A stretch of 40,580 nucleotides of DNA from IMG/VR virus record IMGVR_UViG_3300033066_001354; one strand, given 5' to 3'. The notes beneath the pieces are model-generated. The model made no database searches. It saw nothing but the letters and a program-made list of their open reading frames with translations, and was not told the origin of the DNA. The translations under genes were made by a program, and so were the position numbers. The stretch's first letter is position 1; the number at the start of each line of letters is the position of its first letter. Origin of the DNA: an uncultured virus (IMG/VR IMGVR_UViG_3300033066_001354). Its lineage: Duplodnaviria; Heunggongvirae; Uroviricota; Caudoviricetes. Below, piece after piece: positions 36,079 through 40,580 of the stretch.

Positions 36079-36144
36079 AAGACTTGGGAGAATAAGGATG
36101 CACGCAAAATTCCTCAAACATCTCACCGGCATGAGTACATATCT

Positions 36145-36522
36145 ATGAGCGCAACGCTTTATCTGGCAGACGGCACAAAGCAAGAAATCGTGCCTGCCAA
36201 CGGGACGGACTTCAAAGCGGACGAGTTGTACAAGCTTTTGGGCTGTGACACTCTTGAGGTGATTGATACGGGCGACCCTGTGATGATTATGATTGGTGAC
36301 GAGAATTCGCGCCTGGACGACGAGTGTGTCATCAACATGGAGGCTACGCGCATCTACCGCGAAGGTCATGGCATCTTGGGCGACCCTTGGAAGCACAAAG
36401 AAGCCGCTTTAGCACGCATGAAGGAAATGTACGGGGATGCTTTTATCGACTGCTCAGACGGTGGAGAGCCTTACACAATCGTCGGCAACATCGTGTACTG
36501 TCCAACTGGGATGCTAAAGTAG
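36145..36522 (+). CDS. DUF3846-like phage protein
   Basis: ELYKLLGCDTLEVI...IGDENSRL...NMEAT...IVGNIVYC; start set by promoter. Confidence 0.65.
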   Translation: MSATLYLADGTKQEIVPANGTDFKADELYKLLGCDTLEVIDTGDPVMIMIGDENSRLDDECVINMEATRIYREGHGILGDPWKHKEAALARMKEMYGDAFIDCSDGGEPYTIVGNIVYCPTGMLK

Positions 36523-36561
36523 TTTCCTCAAACAATTTGCCAAGGGGAGTACATAAACAAC

Positions 36562-36774
36562 ATGATTTACTTCGTGACAACCAGCGGTGTCGAACACAAC
36601 ACGCACATTCATTGCCCCTGCCCTGTCAAACCCGAAGAAGTGGAAGAAGTGCAGGCAGACGGTGACGAGCTTGAGTACATCAGGAACGAAATGAACGGCA
36701 TCCCCATGTCACGCGGGCGAGTCGTCCGATGGTTCGGTGACTTCGCCAAATTCATCGCCGCCAACTGGGACTGA
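36562..36774 (+). CDS. Hypothetical protein
   Basis: ATG 13 nt after GTACA box; hairpin CCGCACA/TGTGCGG 36781-36797 downstream. Confidence 0.75.
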   Translation: MIYFVTTSGVEHNTHIHCPCPVKPEEVEEVQADGDELEYIRNEMNGIPMSRGRVVRWFGDFAKFIAANWD

Positions 36775-36821
36775 AAACAGCCGCACATTTTGTGCGGTTT
36801 CGTTTTGAGGAAAAGTCAGAC

Positions 36822-36851
36822 CGTGCCCCCTTATTTCTCCAAGCGTTAAAA
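36822..36851 (+). repeat. dif/cer-like 30-bp site 9
   Basis: CGTGCCCCCTT ATTTCTCC AAGCGTTAAAA. Confidence 0.9.
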
Positions 36852-36877
36852 GCCCGGGCTTTTAACCCAGGCTTTTT
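36848..36877. terminator. Intrinsic terminator (bidirectional-type)
   Basis: AAAAGCCCGGG...CCCAGGCTTTTT abutting site 9. Confidence 0.7.
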
Positions 36878-36879
36878 GC

Positions 36880-37107
36880 TTACGCCGTGACTTTACAAAT
36901 CCACGCCTCTTGTGCCACTCGGTCGCGGAAAAAGTGGTTCTCGTTCACAGTTTGTAAAAGGGCGAGGTTTGTGACGAAGAACGAGGGTTCAAAACCGAAA
37001 GCCTTGAGATACTCTGCCAAGACCTTATTGTCGTCCGAAGTGTCGAAGCAGGGATGCTCTGCGTCCTGCATCATTTGAATCATGGCGGCTTTTGTTGCGG
37101 CGTCCAT
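36880..37107 (-). CDS. Hypothetical protein
   Basis: Promoter-linked leaderless ATG. Confidence 0.75.
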   Translation of the reverse strand: MDAATKAAMIQMMQDAEHPCFDTSDDNKVLAEYLKAFGFEPSFFVTNLALLQTVNENHFFRDRVAQEAWICKVTA

Positions 37108-37143
37108 GTGTATGTACTGACACTGGTAAAAGTTTTGAGGAAT

Positions 37144-37581
37144 CTAGCTTATCACTCTGACGGACTTGAACGGTGCGCCCATGACAGCCTCACCGCCTCT
37201 TGAGGCGCGAGTCTTGAGTTCAAGGTGGCATGGCACCCATCCAGTGCTTTTGCCGACGACAAAACGCCTGCGCTCGTCCCACTTGTCCACAACCTCGACG
37301 TGCTTTCCTTCCAAGCCGACAAGTTGGGATGTCAACTCTGTCGGACACTTTTCGCCAGTAGCTTCAAACCTGACCCTGCAAAGTTGGACGAGTTCTTGGA
37401 ACCTGTCATATCCCTGCGTGGTTCCCCAATACGACGAGTTTGGAGGCTCGACACCAAGCCATTCAGCCATCTTCACCGAACGCTCTTGACACACGTCGAA
37501 ACCCAAACAAGTGTATCCAGCATCAAACCCGATGACGAACAAATTGCGAGTGTTGTCAAGGGTGATAGTGTTTTTGCCCAT
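37144..37581 (-). CDS. Hypothetical protein
   Basis: Start re-assigned (MGKNT...); LVGLEG...RRFVVGKSTGWVPCHLE...SRGG. Confidence 0.75.
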   Translation of the reverse strand: MGKNTITLDNTRNLFVIGFDAGYTCLGFDVCQERSVKMAEWLGVEPPNSSYWGTTQGYDRFQELVQLCRVRFEATGEKCPTELTSQLVGLEGKHVEVVDKWDERRRFVVGKSTGWVPCHLELKTRASRGGEAVMGAPFKSVRVIS

Positions 37582-37615
37582 GTATGTATACCTTTTCAAC
37601 CGACCAATTTGAGGA

Positions 37616-37846
37616 TTATGGCACAATCAACGACGTGACATCAATGGGGGTTTTGGTCTTATAGTCCAGGACTGTCGCGACCGGACGACTATTGTCATGA
37701 GACGACACTAGATGACATTCCATGCCAGACACCATAATCGTCCTACCGAGAGGAGACATGTCGGTAGAGAGTATCTTGGTCTCCTCGATTCGTCCGTTTG
37801 GATGTTGCAGACATACGTGCAAACAGGGATTAAAGTAATGGCTCAC
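37616..37846 (-). CDS. Hypothetical protein
   Basis: GTG 12 nt after GTATA. Confidence 0.65.
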   Translation of the reverse strand: MSHYFNPCLHVCLQHPNGRIEETKILSTDMSPLGRTIMVSGMECHLVSSHDNSRPVATVLDYKTKTPIDVTSLIVP

Positions 37847-37995
37847 GGTTTTTTATACACGTGCCATTTTTTTATTTGAGGAAGATAGCTAATTGCCGTC
37901 CTCACCAGGTATAAATGCAAAAAAGTCAAAAAAGTATCGGAGACAGCCTTATTTTTTGGCGTTCTCAGTGGCATATATACATGTAGGGCAAAACA

Positions 37996-38409
37996 ATGAC
38001 TTGGTACTCGGGAAATCTTCGGAAACTCTATCACAAAGAGTTCGGCATTCCAACAGCGGCCGAAACTGTCGTAGGCAAATTGCCTTTGGAATATTCACAG
38101 CACGCGCTTCACGCTGCTCAAGACGACAGATACGGGAACATCATCAATTTACCGAGAATACTCGATACTTCCAAGGCTCAGGTGATTGAAGTAGAGATGG
38201 AGGGCGACCGTACCACTAAAGTCCTTTACAGAGTCCCTTACAACGATACACACGATTTAGTCCTCGCTGTCATGCCTGACGGGTTTGTGAAGACTGTCTG
38301 GCTAAACGCCCATGATGATTTACACAACACGCTTGATGCTTCACGTTACGAAATTCTAAATCCTCCAGCCGAGGAGATTCAGCCAGAGGAAGCAGAACAG
38401 GTCGCCTAG
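37996..38409 (+). CDS. Hypothetical protein, possible RelE/BECR-like fold
   Basis: YSQHAL...DLVLAV...VKTVW pattern. Confidence 0.55.
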   Translation: MTWYSGNLRKLYHKEFGIPTAAETVVGKLPLEYSQHALHAAQDDRYGNIINLPRILDTSKAQVIEVEMEGDRTTKVLYRVPYNDTHDLVLAVMPDGFVKTVWLNAHDDLHNTLDASRYEILNPPAEEIQPEEAEQVA

Positions 38410-38594
38410 TCGTCCCAGTCGCCGTACTTGGCTCTGCGCTCTTCTCGGCGTTTCTGTGAGCGGGAGTACGAATCGTCCTGTTTGTGAACCTCGTTCCGAA
38501 AATGGCGTTGGTCAGAGCCGCTTCGAGTCGAGAAAAGTCCAGGGTTGCGGTCGCGGAGTTCTTTGCCGCGCTTGGTCATTCGCTTTTGTTTCAT
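38406..38594 (-). CDS. Small basic hypothetical protein
   Basis: ATG 13 nt after ATATA box. Confidence 0.65.
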   Translation of the reverse strand: MKQKRMTKRGKELRDRNPGLFSTRSGSDQRHFRNEVHKQDDSYSRSQKRREERRAKYGDWDD

Positions 38595-38644
38595 GACACT
38601 ATTATATCCTTGTCGAACGTGTTTGTGAGGAATTTTCCTTCACG

Positions 38645-38995
38645 TCAGTCGATTTTTCCGTAATGTTCAGTGAAGTTGAGGCTTGCTTTGCTGTCTCGTA
38701 GATGAATCAACACCTCTTCCTTCAATGCTTTCACCATTTCTGACGGAATTTTGATTCCCTTGGATTCATTGGCGTGAAGATATTTTTCCACCTTCTCGAC
38801 TGCAATGTCCACTCCGTTCAAGCCGTAATCAGCGACACTCCAGTTGTTCATAATGGAGTCGAAACCGGGCGCTTCGTCTGTTTCTTCGTCTTCTGGCTCG
38901 TCTTTCAACAACACTTGTGCGAACACATATGACAATGGTCGGTCAACGCCGATGCAAACGGTGTATTTTTCGGTCTCTGCTGTGTGCCGTGACAT
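38645..38995 (-). CDS. Hypothetical protein
   Basis: Promoter-linked leaderless ATG. Confidence 0.75.
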   Translation of the reverse strand: MSRHTAETEKYTVCIGVDRPLSYVFAQVLLKDEPEDEETDEAPGFDSIMNNWSVADYGLNGVDIAVEKVEKYLHANESKGIKIPSEMVKALKEEVLIHLRDSKASLNFTEHYGKID

Positions 38996-39014
38996 GTGTA
39001 TATACCTGTCTGTG

Positions 39015-39338
39015 TCAAAAATTTGAGGAATTTTGCTCTGCTTCCAGCAAATGCTTTGTCGAAATCAGTTCCTTAATTCTGTTTTCACGAGACAGCTTCC
39101 ACGCGTCAAGGTCTTCTAACGCTTTTTCATAAGCGTCTGCGCGTTTGTCGTAATAGTCTTTATTCCAATGCGAGGAATAACAGGAAGTCACCTTGTCGGT
39201 GTCGCGGTCAGAAAACTTCATGACATGAGACAGTTTTTCATCATAACCAATGAACACCAGCTTAGAAATTGATTCTGGTGCGCCGTCGAGCCCGCGCTCT
39301 ATCTTCCAAAACTTTTGACCAATGGTAGGATTGACCAT
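39015..39338 (-). CDS. Hypothetical protein
   Basis: Start re-assigned (MVNPT...) by promoter position. Confidence 0.7.
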   Translation of the reverse strand: MVNPTIGQKFWKIERGLDGAPESISKLVFIGYDEKLSHVMKFSDRDTDKVTSCYSSHWNKDYYDKRADAYEKALEDLDAWKLSRENRIKELISTKHLLEAEQNSSNF

Positions 39339-39390
39339 AACGACATACTTGACACCGCTTGAAATTTGAGGATATCCGATAGAGCGCGGC

Positions 39391-39420
39391 GGGCAGACCT
39401 TATTGTACCAAGTGTTAAAT
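39391..39420 (+). repeat. dif/cer-like 30-bp site 10 (left arm degenerate)
   Basis: GGGCAGACCTT ATTGTACC AAGTGTTAAAT, between divergent promoters. Confidence 0.7.
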
Positions 39421-39457
39421 TTCCTCATTTAACCTAGCTGTCAGGTATATATCTATC

Positions 39458-39751
39458 ATGGTGAAAGTTTATCAAGTCAAGGATTTCGCAATGACTTTTT
39501 GCGCCACTCCTGCGCCAGAACCCTCAAACCTTGTCCTTGTGGCAGAGATTGATGGCGATTTGAACGACGCCTATCATCTGACTCAGAACATCGAAGAGTC
39601 ATGGGCTCAGAACACTGACTCAAAAGTCAAGGCAAAATGCGATGAGTGTCGCTCTACGTCCGTGGGCGACGTAATGGAGAAAGACGGCGTTTTCTACGTC
39701 GTGGCTTCGTTCGGTTTTGACGTGCTGGAAGGTTATTCGGTGACAGCATGA
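39458..39751 (+). CDS. YodL-like phage protein, tentative
   Basis: AYHLTQN...RSTSVGDV...YVVASFGF pattern. Confidence 0.55.
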   Translation: MVKVYQVKDFAMTFCATPAPEPSNLVLVAEIDGDLNDAYHLTQNIEESWAQNTDSKVKAKCDECRSTSVGDVMEKDGVFYVVASFGFDVLEGYSVTA

Positions 39752-40029
39752 CCATCGAACAGATTTGTCTTACAGTGACTGGCAAACCTGTTGGGACGTA
39801 CATTGACAACGGGTTTTATTGCGTCACGTCCGCCCAAGCTACCAAACTGTGCGGAGGCAAACTGCCAAAACCAGGGTATGAAAAAGCCATGATGATTCAA
39901 GACGGCAAGCCAGCGCCCTCGTTCTCTCTCGGCACCGACCAGTACAAAATCTCAAGGACATACGTCAAACACAGGACGGACATTCTAGTAGGCGACCATT
40001 GGTCGATACGGTTGGTTGGCACGCAGTAA
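39748..40029 (+). CDS. Hypothetical protein
   Basis: ATGA-coupled; followed by ACGCAG/CTGCGT hairpin and T-tract (40021-40045). Confidence 0.65.
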   Translation: MTIEQICLTVTGKPVGTYIDNGFYCVTSAQATKLCGGKLPKPGYEKAMMIQDGKPAPSFSLGTDQYKISRTYVKHRTDILVGDHWSIRLVGTQ

Positions 40030-40059
40030 ACGCTGCGTGTTTTTTGGATGTGACTAGGG

Positions 40060-40089
40060 CGTGCCGCCTTATTCCCCCAAGCCTTAAAT
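40060..40089 (+). repeat. dif/cer-like 30-bp site 11
   Basis: CGTGCCGCCTT ATTCCCCC AAGCCTTAAAT. Confidence 0.9.
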
Positions 40090-40096
40090 TTGACGC

Positions 40097-40129
40097 AAAA
40101 AGACGGCGGGACTTTTTGTCCCGCCGTCT
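40097..40129 (-). terminator. Intrinsic terminator
   Basis: AGACGGCGGGAC/GTCCCGCCGTCT 12-bp stem with T-tract on the minus strand. Confidence 0.85.
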
Positions 40130-40151
40130 GGCTTTTGGTCGTGGTCGCTGT

Positions 40152-40580
40152 TTACTTGCCAGCGACGGCGTAGGCTTTCACCTGGTCGTCAGTCAGTCGC
40201 GCCGCCAGGGTCGCAAAGTTCGCCCATTGGCTTGCGATGGCGTCCAGGTCAGCCGTGAGGGACGGTGCGAGGATTTTGCCCGCCGTCTCTTCCATTGTCG
40301 TCCGAGCGTCCCCTACGAAGCCCTGGGCGGCTTTCGTCAGCCCTTGGATTGTGTGGAACACGGTGTCGCCCGGTTCGTCAGCGATGCCAGCAAGCCAAGC
40401 CCGTCCCTGCGGAATGGTCAGCTTGAGGTCACGGCTGAGGCTTGCCACAAGTTTGGTCTGGTCGGTGACTTCGACTTCCTTGGACAAGTCGAACAGGTTC
40501 AGGACTTGCTCGCCCTCGTTCAGCGCAACCCGGATAGCTTGCTCGACTTCGACGCGGATAGCTTCCAGGTCGATGTTGCC
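40152..40580 (-). CDS. Hypothetical helical protein, 5'-truncated by the window edge
   Basis: Frame is open from 40580 to the stop at 40152; visibly GC-richer than its neighbours. Confidence 0.7.
   Translation of the reverse strand, partial: GNIDLEAIRVEVEQAIRVALNEGEQVLNLFDLSKEVEVTDQTKLVASLSRDLKLTIPQGRAWLAGIADEPGDTVFHTIQGLTKAAQGFVGDARTTMEETAGKILAPSLTADLDAIASQWANFATLAARLTDDQVKAYAVAGK

Larger units (their letters stand above)
25991..39457. promoter_or_regulatory. Array of ~35 promoters, consensus TCCTCA-N17/18-GTATA(W)-N5(+3)-ATG
   Basis: Minus-strand TGAGGA boxes begin at 26019, 26287, 27021, 27376, 27464, 28107, 28401, 28691, 29159, 29637, 30058, 30333, 30872, 31317, 31624, 31915, 32190, 32439, 32706, 33180, 33433, 33899, 33941, 34337, 37136, 37610, 37877, 38626, 39024 and 39367. 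Plus-strand TCCTCA boxes begin at 28447, 34368, 35126, 36111, 36525 and 39422. Four more lie in the left half (3415, 9684, 20646, 23016). Confidence 0.9.

Noticed and set aside
37940..37985. Twelfth 30-bp site at CAGCCTTATTTTTTGG
   Set aside because: Only CCTTATT matches and the CCAAG/TTAAA arm is missing; more likely a degenerate promoter for 37996-38409.
27033..40089. 30-bp repeats as a CRISPR array
   Set aside because: Intervals are 0.5-2.6 kb and contain whole genes; repeats vary centrally; the only cas-like gene is a stand-alone Cas4-like nuclease 26 kb away.
27033..40089. Classical integron attC sites
   Set aside because: No RYYYAAC...GTTRRRY ends and no long imperfect hairpin; cassettes carry their own promoters; no intI in the window.
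1..40580. Stop-codon reassignment
   Set aside because: Recognisable enzymes are full length in code 11, and TAA, TAG and TGA all end genes at coupled junctions.

Overview
This window looks like part of a large (probably jumbo) dsDNA bacteriophage genome read with the standard code 11. Family calls below come from motif recognition only; no searches were run. The left ~25.5 kb is densely packed operons. It carries auxiliary and host-like genes (Fic, PD-(D/E)xK nuclease, CX5R phosphatase, pyrE, HAD, nitrilase-family, ugd, TrpF-like barrel, tyrS), a tandem six-member paralog family, an outer-membrane beta-barrel, two diverged capsid-protein paralogs, and ART-fold, AIPR-like and HNH proteins. A repeat/palindrome island at ~25.5-25.9 kb marks an abrupt change in architecture. 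To its right (26-40.6 kb) almost every small gene has its own copy of one non-sigma70 promoter motif, TCCTCA-N17/18-GTATA, with the start codon 10 or 13 nt after the G, i.e. leaderless mRNAs (~35 copies). This region is also partitioned into modules by 11 copies of a 30-bp site, CGTGCSSCCTT-ATTNNNCC-AAGYNTTAAAT. The site has the 11-8-11 layout and outer-arm sequences of Xer (dif/cer) recombination sites and always lies between transcription units. Several promoters drive structured RNAs rather than obvious proteins, including one with a tandem kissing-loop motif. The best candidate for a new system is this phage-borne array of dif-like-site-bounded, self-promoted gene/ncRNA cassettes. The cognate recombinase and sigma factor are not in the window.
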